From a bacterium (GTDB lineage: Bacteria; Patescibacteriota; Minisyncoccia; Phycocordibacterales; UBA6899): DNA of 64,000 nucleotides. The stretch lies in assembly GCA_043743715.1 (NCBI GenBank), contig JAYTWK010000055.1:10242-74241 (forward strand), read 5' to 3'. Both the position numbers and the translations under genes were made by a program. Shown one piece after another: positions 56,649 through 64,000 of this stretch (positions are counted from its first letter, which is position 1; each line of letters opens with the position of its first letter). Under the pieces are notes generated by a model. That model was not told the DNA's origin. It saw only the letters and a program-made list of their open reading frames with translations, and ran no database searches.

Positions 56649-57608
56649 CTATGCATCGTGCTTTTTCAGATGTGGCAAAAGATGCTCGACATGCCACTTG
56701 TATTGTTCGGCCAGCCCGTCTTCGAGTGATACTTTCGGAGTGAAGTCGAGAAGCAGCTGGGCTTTATCGATGATTGCCTCGGTCTCCTTTTGGTCGCCGT
56801 AACGTGGAGGACTCTTCACCAAGGGTGCCTTTTCGCCGACGATGCGTTCAATTATAGCGATGCCCTCGCCGGTGGTGTGCAGTTCGCGTGAACCGATATT
56901 GATAATCTCGCCTTGCGCTTTGTCTATTCTATCTAGCGCGCGAATGGTTGCATCAACGATGTCACTAACATAGGTAAAGCTACGCAGGTGTTTTTCGCTG
57001 CCTTCATGCAGCGGGAAGGTTTTCCCCGTCTTCATCGCATGGATGAGTTTATGGTACAGCTTCTCAGGCCTCTCGCGCGGGCCGAATACGGAGAACAGTC
57101 GTAATGCGGTGACCGGCAATTTATTGCTACGATATTTGGAAAGTGCGAGCTGCTCTGCCGCAAGCTTGGTCACCCCGTAGGGTGAGGTCGGCTTCGGGGC
57201 TACCTCTTCACTACCGCGCGCTGAAACTCCGTACACTGACGAAGTCGAGATGTGAACGAATGCAGAGAGCTTCGGGAGCGTGAGCGCATACGTGAGGAGT
57301 GCGTGTGTGGCAGAAATATTATTCTGCACATAGTGATCGAATTTGGTGCCCTGTGAGATGCCTGGCTGCGCCGCGAAGTGGAGGATCGCGTCAACATCCC
57401 CGAAGGTAGCAAAGTCGTGTGTATTGATGTCACTGATGACAACTGCGCCACCCTTCGCCTTCACATCACTCAAATTCAATTCTTTGATGCGAGGGTCGTA
57501 GTACGGGTCGAGATTGTCGATACCAATAACCTTATCGCCGCGAAGTAAAAGCGCCTCCGCAACATGAGAGCCGATTGCCCCACCGATACCTGTAATGAGC
57601 ACTTTCAT
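56649..57608 (-). CDS. NAD-dependent epimerase/dehydratase (UDP-glucuronate 4-epimerase-like)
   Basis: TGIGGAIG, HFAAQPG, STSSVYG, YGVTK, VFGPRERP. Confidence 0.88.
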   Translation of the reverse strand: MKVLITGIGGAIGSHVAEALLLRGDKVIGIDNLDPYYDPRIKELNLSDVKAKGGAVVISDINTHDFATFGDVDAILHFAAQPGISQGTKFDHYVQNNISATHALLTYALTLPKLSAFVHISTSSVYGVSARGSEEVAPKPTSPYGVTKLAAEQLALSKYRSNKLPVTALRLFSVFGPRERPEKLYHKLIHAMKTGKTFPLHEGSEKHLRSFTYVSDIVDATIRALDRIDKAQGEIINIGSRELHTTGEGIAIIERIVGEKAPLVKSPPRYGDQKETEAIIDKAQLLLDFTPKVSLEDGLAEQYKWHVEHLLPHLKKHDA

Positions 57609-57615
57609 AGATGTA

Positions 57616-58662
57616 TCATCCTAAGAGCTGGAGTATCGTTTTAGCTAATTTTTCAGAGTCGTGGCGGATGAGGGTGCGGCGTAGGAGGTCAACCTTTGGG
57701 ACATTGGCGAGACCGTCAGAAAGCAAGTTCGTACCGATGAGCTCAAAATCACCCTTCAGACACTCAGCGCTGCAGACGACCGGCTCCCCTTCATCGGCAT
57801 ACTTGTGAATGAGCCGTGACGGAGCTTTCTTATTGTTGTAGATGACGACATCAAACACGCCCGTCGTATTTTTCCTCTTATCTTTTCCTTTGGGTCGGCC
57901 TATATATTTCTCCAGTACTTTTACATAATCCGAAACGACGAAATTGTCGGTATGACCCTGCTGACTCATGAGATTGGTGACGTATACTTTCTTGGCTTTT
58001 GAAGCAATGAATGCCTTCCCAACCCCTCTGACCAAGAAGTTTGGCAGGACTGATGTGTAGAGCTTGCCGGGACCAACGACGATGAGGTCGGCTTCTTTTA
58101 TCGCCCGCAGCGCTTTCGGATTTGCTTTGGCCTTCGGAGTAAGAAAAATTTTCTTAATGCCATATTTCGAAACCAATTGGTAATCCATGAAAGCGCTTTC
58201 ACCCAAGAGAACTTTACCGTTCTTGAGCTCGGCATTCAAGGCTATCTTATCGAGCGTCACCGGTATAACGCGCCCGCGAATATTCAAAATTTTGGAAGCG
58301 ACGTCGAGCGCGCTATCAAGGTTTCCGGTCACTTGCTCGAGGGTCGAGATGAAGATATTGCCGAAACTGTGGCCCTTCAAGTCGCCGCGGTCGAAGCGGT
58401 GGTTAAACAACTGGCGCATCACCATATCGGCATCGGAAAGCGCCACAAGACACTGACGCAGATCCCCCGGCGGAAGCACCCCGAATTCGTCGCGCAAGCG
58501 GCCGGTCGAGCCACCGTCGTCCGCCATGGTAACGATTGCTGTGAGGTCCAGAGGGTAATGCTTGAGCCCAGAGAGGACGGTAAAGGTACCAGTGCCTCCG
58601 CCGATCACGACGACCTTTTTATGTTTTTCTCCGGGATCCTTTTCGGGGTGTATTTGTTCCAT
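57616..58662 (-). CDS. yvcK: YvcK/CofD-family (GlmR-like, UDP-sugar-binding) protein
   Basis: IGGGTG, ADDGGSTGRLRDEFGVLPPGD, GHSFGN, GPGKLYTS, IRHDS. Confidence 0.9.
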   Translation of the reverse strand: MEQIHPEKDPGEKHKKVVVIGGGTGTFTVLSGLKHYPLDLTAIVTMADDGGSTGRLRDEFGVLPPGDLRQCLVALSDADMVMRQLFNHRFDRGDLKGHSFGNIFISTLEQVTGNLDSALDVASKILNIRGRVIPVTLDKIALNAELKNGKVLLGESAFMDYQLVSKYGIKKIFLTPKAKANPKALRAIKEADLIVVGPGKLYTSVLPNFLVRGVGKAFIASKAKKVYVTNLMSQQGHTDNFVVSDYVKVLEKYIGRPKGKDKRKNTTGVFDVVIYNNKKAPSRLIHKYADEGEPVVCSAECLKGDFELIGTNLLSDGLANVPKVDLLRRTLIRHDSEKLAKTILQLLG

Positions 58663-59893
58663 GTTTTTGTTTTACGGTCTTATTTGCTTTTTCTGTATGT
58701 TGCTCTGCCTGTTCTTCGTTTGGTTGCGTGCGTACTTCCATTACTTGGGCTGTCGGCACAACATGCGCGGCATATTCCCAGCTTTTCTTATATAACGCAA
58801 GGGTTTCTACTTTGGTCGCAAGCTGCCGGACGGCATCTTTCGCTTTCTCGCCGAGGCTCGCCCGTAGCACATCATCAGAAAGAAGTCTGAGCATCGCGCT
58901 CGCAAGGGTCTTTTCGTCCGTCGAGGGAACTACCACTCCACACTCACCATCGTGGAGTACCTCCCCCGCGAGTCCGACGTCCGTCATAATAACAGGAAGT
59001 CCTGAGGCCATCGCTTCGACCACCGCCATCCCCCATCCCTCGTACAAGGACGGCTGCACGTACAGGTCAGCATTCTTATAGTACGAAGCGACATCTCTCG
59101 CCCACGGCAGGAGTACCACCACGTCTTTAAGATCCAAAGAGTTCACAAGCGAAAGCAATCGCTCACGTTCGGGACCGGAGCCGATGATAAGCAGCATCGC
59201 GTCCGCCTTCGCACGATGCACCTCTCTGAACGCGCGGATCAGCTTGTTGTAATTTTTTTCCGGCACAAGCCTGCCGAGCGAAAGAATAATGCGCGGATAG
59301 AGCGGATACGACTTATGGAGATCAAATGAGGGCTTGGCAGTAATGAAATGTTCTACATCAACAAAAATGGGGATAACGGCTATCTTCTCCGGCGGCACAC
59401 CAAGCGCAAGCACGTTCCTTTTCACTCTCTCTGAGACCACACGAATGCCGTCTGCGCGGGTAAGTAGAAATGATGCGATGAAAAATTCGAGCTTGTTACG
59501 CAAGCGCTCGCTTTGCCATGCGGCGCTCCACGGATCGGTATGCAATTGTAGCTGGAGCGGAAGCGCAAATTTTTTCGCCAGCAGATATCCAATCGCACCA
59601 ACGAGGAACGGGTCTTGCGCGCTCACGAGCCACGTATCGTTCAGATGTCTTTCTGCTAAGATCCTCTTCCCGAGTGCATAAGCATCGGGAAGGTATGCAA
59701 ACTTATTTTTCGAACTTGTCGAGTGAAGCGTGAGCGATGGACTCACCTCTTGCAGAGTAAAAGCACTACCCGAAGGAGCAAGTACAATGACGTGTATATG
59801 GTTAACGAGTGCCGCCTGCTCGATGAGGCGGGTACGTACAGGCGAATCGGCTTCGAACAGTGCCCTGTCGGTTGAGAACATCAGTAGTTTCAT
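58619..59893 (-). CDS. GT4 glycosyltransferase
   Basis: LGRLVPEKN, PSLYEGWGMAVVEAMASG. Confidence 0.9.
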   Translation of the reverse strand: MKLLMFSTDRALFEADSPVRTRLIEQAALVNHIHVIVLAPSGSAFTLQEVSPSLTLHSTSSKNKFAYLPDAYALGKRILAERHLNDTWLVSAQDPFLVGAIGYLLAKKFALPLQLQLHTDPWSAAWQSERLRNKLEFFIASFLLTRADGIRVVSERVKRNVLALGVPPEKIAVIPIFVDVEHFITAKPSFDLHKSYPLYPRIILSLGRLVPEKNYNKLIRAFREVHRAKADAMLLIIGSGPERERLLSLVNSLDLKDVVVLLPWARDVASYYKNADLYVQPSLYEGWGMAVVEAMASGLPVIMTDVGLAGEVLHDGECGVVVPSTDEKTLASAMLRLLSDDVLRASLGEKAKDAVRQLATKVETLALYKKSWEYAAHVVPTAQVMEVRTQPNEEQAEQHTEKANKTVKQKHGTNTPRKGSRRKT

Positions 59894-61011
59894 GAGATGA
59901 CTTGCTTTAGTTCTTTTACAATATTGGTGATCATGCGTTCTTCGGTGAATGAAGAGACGAAGAAACCCGCTTCTTTTGCCATGTGCTGTGCAGCCTTGCT
60001 GTCCGAAAGCACCAGGAGAAGTCCTGCGGCAAGTGCAGCCTTGTCATTGTAGGCTGTAAGGATTCCCCGCTTACTTACTTGTTTATTTACCTCGAAAAGT
60101 TCAGTGTTTCCACCAACGGCGGTCGTCACCACCGGCGTCTCGAGCGCCATCGCTTCGAGAAGGAGGTGCGAGAGGCCTTCGTATCCGGTATTGAGCGCAA
60201 AACAGTCCGCCGCGCGGATGCGCTTCATGAGCGTGTCATGCTTCACCAAACCCAGGAACTTCACGAAGTTATATTCATGATTATTCGCGTACGCTACGTA
60301 TTCCGAATCATCCCCGCTTCCTGCTATCTCAAGTTGTACATCAGGAATATCTTTTTGAATAAGGGCAACGGCATCCATGAGTTTCTTAAATCCCTTCCAC
60401 GGTACGAATCTGCCAACCGAGATAATGGTCGGTCGGTCGATTCCCAACTCATGCCGCAAGTCCTTTTTCTCTTCCTTCGGAAGATTCGCTTTGAATGAAT
60501 TATAGACCACGACTATTTTTTTTGGTTCTATGCCCCAACTACTCACGATACCCTTTAGGTAATAACTTGGAGTAACCACCTTCGCAGAGTGACGCGCGAC
60601 TGCAGTTTGTAAAAATCGAAATAGCTTTACGAGCCATGGATAATCTTTGCGCTTTACGAATTCATCGAGATTTTCTTTGACTCCCGCACGTTGCGTGCCC
60701 TGCTCCCATGCGTAATCACCAACCATCTTCAGCACCAGGGGTTTTCCGGAAAGTTTCGAGACGATGTATGCGGGAACTCCGGCAGATACGAGATCGAGCG
60801 TGTAAATAAGATCAACGTCCTTCGCGAGCCGCCACAATGCAACAGTGTATCGCAAATGACTCACTATCTTCGGGTAATGTCTGAATTTACTGAACGAAAG
60901 AAGTGACACCTCGATTCCGGCTGATGGAAGTGCAATTTCAAGCGCCCGCGCATATGTCGCCGGTCCTCCATCGTCCGGCGGATATAGTGGGGTTGCAATG
61001 AGAATCTTCAT
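59890..61011 (-). CDS. GT4 glycosyltransferase
   Basis: YPPDDGGPATY, VGRFVPWKG, YEGLSHLLLEAM. Confidence 0.9.
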   Translation of the reverse strand: MKILIATPLYPPDDGGPATYARALEIALPSAGIEVSLLSFSKFRHYPKIVSHLRYTVALWRLAKDVDLIYTLDLVSAGVPAYIVSKLSGKPLVLKMVGDYAWEQGTQRAGVKENLDEFVKRKDYPWLVKLFRFLQTAVARHSAKVVTPSYYLKGIVSSWGIEPKKIVVVYNSFKANLPKEEKKDLRHELGIDRPTIISVGRFVPWKGFKKLMDAVALIQKDIPDVQLEIAGSGDDSEYVAYANNHEYNFVKFLGLVKHDTLMKRIRAADCFALNTGYEGLSHLLLEAMALETPVVTTAVGGNTELFEVNKQVSKRGILTAYNDKAALAAGLLLVLSDSKAAQHMAKEAGFFVSSFTEERMITNIVKELKQVIS

Positions 61012-61138
61012 CCCGTTAGAGATTAAGCAAATTAATAATGCTCATGGGGTAGCTCTTCATATTCACAGAAAAGGTGTTCATAGTGGTGGGTGTGCCGCGG
61101 AAGGGTGCTGCACACTTCCTATCTCTAACGGGATTCAT
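61007..61138. mobile_element. Start-codon-associated inverted-repeat element, copy 3
   Basis: ATCCCGTTAGAGAT(61010-23)/ATCTCTAACGGGAT(61121-34); flanking direct repeat TTCAT. Confidence 0.75.
61016..61138 (-). CDS. Mini-ORF within element 3 (40 aa, MNPVRDRKCA...LLNL)
   Basis: Open from the duplicated ATG to TAA in the inverted repeat, then CGGG-ATG. Confidence 0.4.
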   Translation of the reverse strand: MNPVRDRKCAAPFRGTPTTMNTFSVNMKSYPMSIINLLNL

Positions 61139-61217
61139 ACGAATACCCACAGTCTAGCGCACCAAAAGGTGTCAGGAAAGGCTTGAAAACATGCTCAGGA
61201 ATGACGTCGTCGCTAAT

Positions 61218-61288
61218 TTGACTTTTTAATAGAATGATGCTATTATGTATGTAGAGTCGCCGAATGTCTCGGTGAACTTAGCAAGGAG
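61218..61288 (+). promoter_or_regulatory. Sigma70 promoter and Shine-Dalgarno
   Basis: TTGACT(61218-23)-17 nt-TATTAT(61241-46) with extended TG; AAGGAG at 61283-88. Confidence 0.75.
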
Positions 61289-61295
61289 CATTTGA

Positions 61296-61892
61296 ATGAA
61301 AACGTTCCATGAAAATCCGACCACGAAGCTTTCGTGTGTCTTCATCAAGCCGGAAGAACTCTCTCTGGCATTCGATCGGCTCGTGTCGGTCTGCACCGAT
61401 GTCATCTTCGTCGACCAAGCCGGTCGCTTTGTCCTGGCCTATCGCAAGATTCACTCGGCCTACGGCTGGTGGTGGAAGGGCGGCTCGAAGCGCAAGGGTG
61501 AGACGGACGCGGAGTCACTCTCGCGTCTCATGAAGCGGGAAATCGGCTTCGTTCCCGAAAACATTTTCCCGCTCGACGTTGTCGACCACTATTGGGAGAC
61601 GCGCCAAGAAGCGCCCCAGGAGCACGGCAAGCATGATGAACTCCACGTCAACTACGTCGAGGTCGACGAAGAGACGATTGCGAAGATCAAGCTCGACCCG
61701 TCGGAGTACGATGCAGAGCGCGGCTTCATGCGCTACGACGGCAGTCAGGATGTGCGCTCAGTCATCACCGAGATGTTCCGTCGCTACCACGCGCTCAAGC
61801 AGCCTGAGGTGCGCACCGCACTTGAAATTGCGAACCAGACGCTCGCGAAATTCGGCCTCACTGCCACGCCTTTCGGCCTGACCTCGAACTGA
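61296..61892 (+). CDS. Nudix hydrolase, GDP-mannose mannosyl hydrolase-like
   Basis: VCTDV..G.FVLAYR...GWWWKGGS...ETDAESLSRLMKREIG. Confidence 0.75.
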   Translation: MKTFHENPTTKLSCVFIKPEELSLAFDRLVSVCTDVIFVDQAGRFVLAYRKIHSAYGWWWKGGSKRKGETDAESLSRLMKREIGFVPENIFPLDVVDHYWETRQEAPQEHGKHDELHVNYVEVDEETIAKIKLDPSEYDAERGFMRYDGSQDVRSVITEMFRRYHALKQPEVRTALEIANQTLAKFGLTATPFGLTSN

Positions 61893-61912
61893 AGGGACAT
61901 TCGGAAGCACAC

Positions 61913-61940
61913 AAGGGCTCGCCATGCGCGAGCCCTTTTT
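61913..61940 (+). terminator. Rho-independent terminator
   Basis: AAGGGCTCGC-catgc-GCGAGCCCTT-TTT. Confidence 0.8.
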
Positions 61941-61968
61941 CATATAATTTTTTTGCTATACTAGAGAG

Positions 61969-62526
61969 ATGAACCCTGGATCACACGATGAACTTGAAGT
62001 GATACCTCACTTGGGAACGTTTCACGAAGATCCTCATCATCACATTGAACCTATCCGGCTCACCGACCACGAATACGCGCTCGCGACTCAGGCGCTGCTT
62101 GTCGTCTGTACTGATGTCGTTCTGGTTGATGAGGAGGGACGCTATGTCCTCGCCTACCGCAGGCATCCCGCTGCAGAAGGCTGGTGGTGGAAGGGTGGTT
62201 CATGGAAAGCTCAAGATACTCGCTCGGAATCGATTGCTCGGATACTCGAGCGTGAACTTGGATATGCTCCACGGAAAGTTGTCATGCTTGCGGTCTTTGA
62301 TCATTTCTGGAGCTTGCGTGGCGAAGTCCCTCATGATGCAGGGCGACATGATATTATCTTTCTTCACTACGTCGTTGTTGACGAGGCAACTATTGCAAAT
62401 ATGAAACTGGATGAACGCGAATATGAATCCGAGCGCGGCTTCATGCGCTACGACGGCTCACAGGAAGTGCGGCCGGTGGTGAAGGCGGCATACGAGCTCT
62501 ATATGAGTACGCGCAATGGGCACTAA
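61969..62526 (+). CDS. Nudix hydrolase, tandem paralog
   Basis: VCTDV, GWWWKGGS, RILERELG, ERGFMRYDGSQ; TGcTATACT 6 nt before ATG. Confidence 0.75.
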   Translation: MNPGSHDELEVIPHLGTFHEDPHHHIEPIRLTDHEYALATQALLVVCTDVVLVDEEGRYVLAYRRHPAAEGWWWKGGSWKAQDTRSESIARILERELGYAPRKVVMLAVFDHFWSLRGEVPHDAGRHDIIFLHYVVVDEATIANMKLDEREYESERGFMRYDGSQEVRPVVKAAYELYMSTRNGH

Positions 62527-62544
62527 ATCACAGTACCGAGGATA

Positions 62545-63540
62545 TTATTTACCAGTCCTTCGTCCCTTGATCCACTCTGCCGTTGGACCCAGTCCATTCT
62601 CAAGTGTGGTCTTTGGGGTCCAACCGATGAGCGCTGTAATCTTTGTGATATCAACCTCACGCCGGAGTGAGGTGTTGGCAGAAGTTTCGATCACCGTATG
62701 CGAGAACTCACGATCATCACCGAAGTGTTCCCAGATCAACTCGCCCAGCTCAAGGATGGAGTGGTGTGTTGCGTTGCCAATATTAAAGTCTTCATTGAGT
62801 ACACTTTCATCACCCTCGGCAGAGCGGATGACTATCTCGACAGTTGCCTCGACCGCATCATCGACATAGACGAATGCTCGGGTCGCTTCGGGGTCACCGA
62901 GAAATTCAAGTGGATATTGCCCGCTGAATACTTTTTCCAGCAGTGCGGGAATCACGTGAATGTCGCCGGGTGACGATCCCTTGGAATCCTCACCAGGTCC
63001 GTAGATATTGTGATAACGAATGATGGTGAACGGAAGTCCGTATTGCACCGCAAATGAACTACAGAAATATTCGCCAACGAGTTTTGAGAAAAAATATACA
63101 TTGGTGGGAGGTTTGATATCGGGGATATCTTTTTCGGTGTATGGAAATTTTGGCGGGTGCTGGAATACTCCTGAACTTGAAGAATATATGACCGAACCGA
63201 TTCCATTTTTGACCATTGCCGGATAGACCGCAGAATCGATGAGTGAGTTATTGGTAATGATGTCTGCCTGATGTTCATGCATGTAATTGAGCGGGCCAAT
63301 ATCTGCTGCCAAATGCAGGACGGTGTCGGCACCCCCGAGTGCGATCTCTGCCTCTTTAGGAATGCGCAGGTCATGGCATCGAAATTCCAGACCCGGCGGG
63401 AACGACATTCCGCGCTCTTCAGGACTTACGATATCAACGACAATGACTGGGTAGCCTCTCTTCTTAAGAGCAAGCGCGACACGGCTTCCTACATAGCCGG
63501 TACCGCCAGTGATGAGTATTGTTTTCTTTTGCGGGTTCAT
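62545..63540 (-). CDS. NAD-dependent epimerase/dehydratase (GDP-mannose 3,5-epimerase-like)
   Basis: TGGTGYVG, HLAADIG, YFFSK, RYHNIYGP, HVIPAL. Confidence 0.85.
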   Translation of the reverse strand: MNPQKKTILITGGTGYVGSRVALALKKRGYPVIVVDIVSPEERGMSFPPGLEFRCHDLRIPKEAEIALGGADTVLHLAADIGPLNYMHEHQADIITNNSLIDSAVYPAMVKNGIGSVIYSSSSGVFQHPPKFPYTEKDIPDIKPPTNVYFFSKLVGEYFCSSFAVQYGLPFTIIRYHNIYGPGEDSKGSSPGDIHVIPALLEKVFSGQYPLEFLGDPEATRAFVYVDDAVEATVEIVIRSAEGDESVLNEDFNIGNATHHSILELGELIWEHFGDDREFSHTVIETSANTSLRREVDITKITALIGWTPKTTLENGLGPTAEWIKGRRTGK

Positions 63541-64000
63541 GTTGTTTTGAAAATGGAAGAATACCCAAGATTTGCATACGCGATACCTTCTCCTTCGATC
63601 ATCTCACGACGGTAATTATACATACCCCACGGGTCGATGAGCGCCTTATCCGGCTTCCCTTTCCAGGATAATGCGAGGTCGATGTTTTCGTAACGCGCAT
63701 TGCGGTGCATCAGAATGACGATATCTCCGTTTTCGGGAACCTCATGGAGTTCCTCTATCCTGCCAATCTTCCACTCGTCGAATACATCCGGAGCAACATG
63801 CGGATCATATCCACTGATACTCTCGTAGCCGCGTGACTGCAAAAGCTCTATGACATCATGTGATGGCGAACTGCGGACATCTGAGGTCGCCGGCCTCCCC
63901 TTGAATGCGAGACCCGCTACTACAATGTGCGGCTTGTCGGCATTTCCCGATTTGCGATGCATGGCATCAACGATATCTGCGACATGTGAGGGCATCAGGT
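63537..64000 (-). CDS. Nucleotide-sugar dehydrogenase, C-terminal UDP-binding domain (partial, 5' end off window)
   Basis: AGLAFKGRPATSDVRSSPS, GYDPHV. Confidence 0.8.
   Translation of the reverse strand, partial: LMPSHVADIVDAMHRKSGNADKPHIVVAGLAFKGRPATSDVRSSPSHDVIELLQSRGYESISGYDPHVAPDVFDEWKIGRIEELHEVPENGDIVILMHRNARYENIDLALSWKGKPDKALIDPWGMYNYRREMIEGEGIAYANLGYSSIFKTT

Noticed and set aside
55817-56743. Long antisense ORFs in the track (55817-56743, 26049-26828, 58177-58890, 14829-15488, 36247-36822)
   Set aside because: They lie opposite well-supported genes and show no motifs; likely shadow ORFs
1-64000. Recoded genetic code (TGA = Gly) as in some CPR lineages
   Set aside because: Many conserved genes end at TGA, including ATGA overlaps, and long ORFs are intact under code 11

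Overview
Bacterial DNA using genetic code 11 (TGA is a stop). Gene content and style suggest a Patescibacteria/CPR (Parcubacteria-like) genome; this is inference. Nearly the whole window is one mostly minus-strand surface-glycan locus. It holds pseudaminic/nonulosonic acid genes (pseB, pseC, pseI, GNATs, two SpsF-type cytidylyltransferases), about ten SAM methyltransferases, GT2/GT4/GT-C-like transferases, a GtrA and an ABC flippase, asnB, and nucleotide-sugar dehydrogenases/epimerases. Embedded in it are a three-gene ATP-citrate-lyase-like module, an Elp3 plus Trm9-like pair, and a duplicated AbrB-Doc/surface-protein region. The most striking unexplained signal is a family of three ~120-bp elements bounded by co-varying inverted repeats (TCCCGTTAGA...TCTAACGGGA). 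Each sits exactly at a start codon, is flanked by a duplicated ATGA(A/G), and carries an uninterrupted 38-40 aa mini-ORF ending 4 nt before the downstream ATG. A second candidate system is a PaaX/Cas2-like gene bracketed by two inverted copies of a ~45-bp palindrome. No rRNA, tRNA or CRISPR array was seen. All calls come from reading motifs by eye; no database searches were run.
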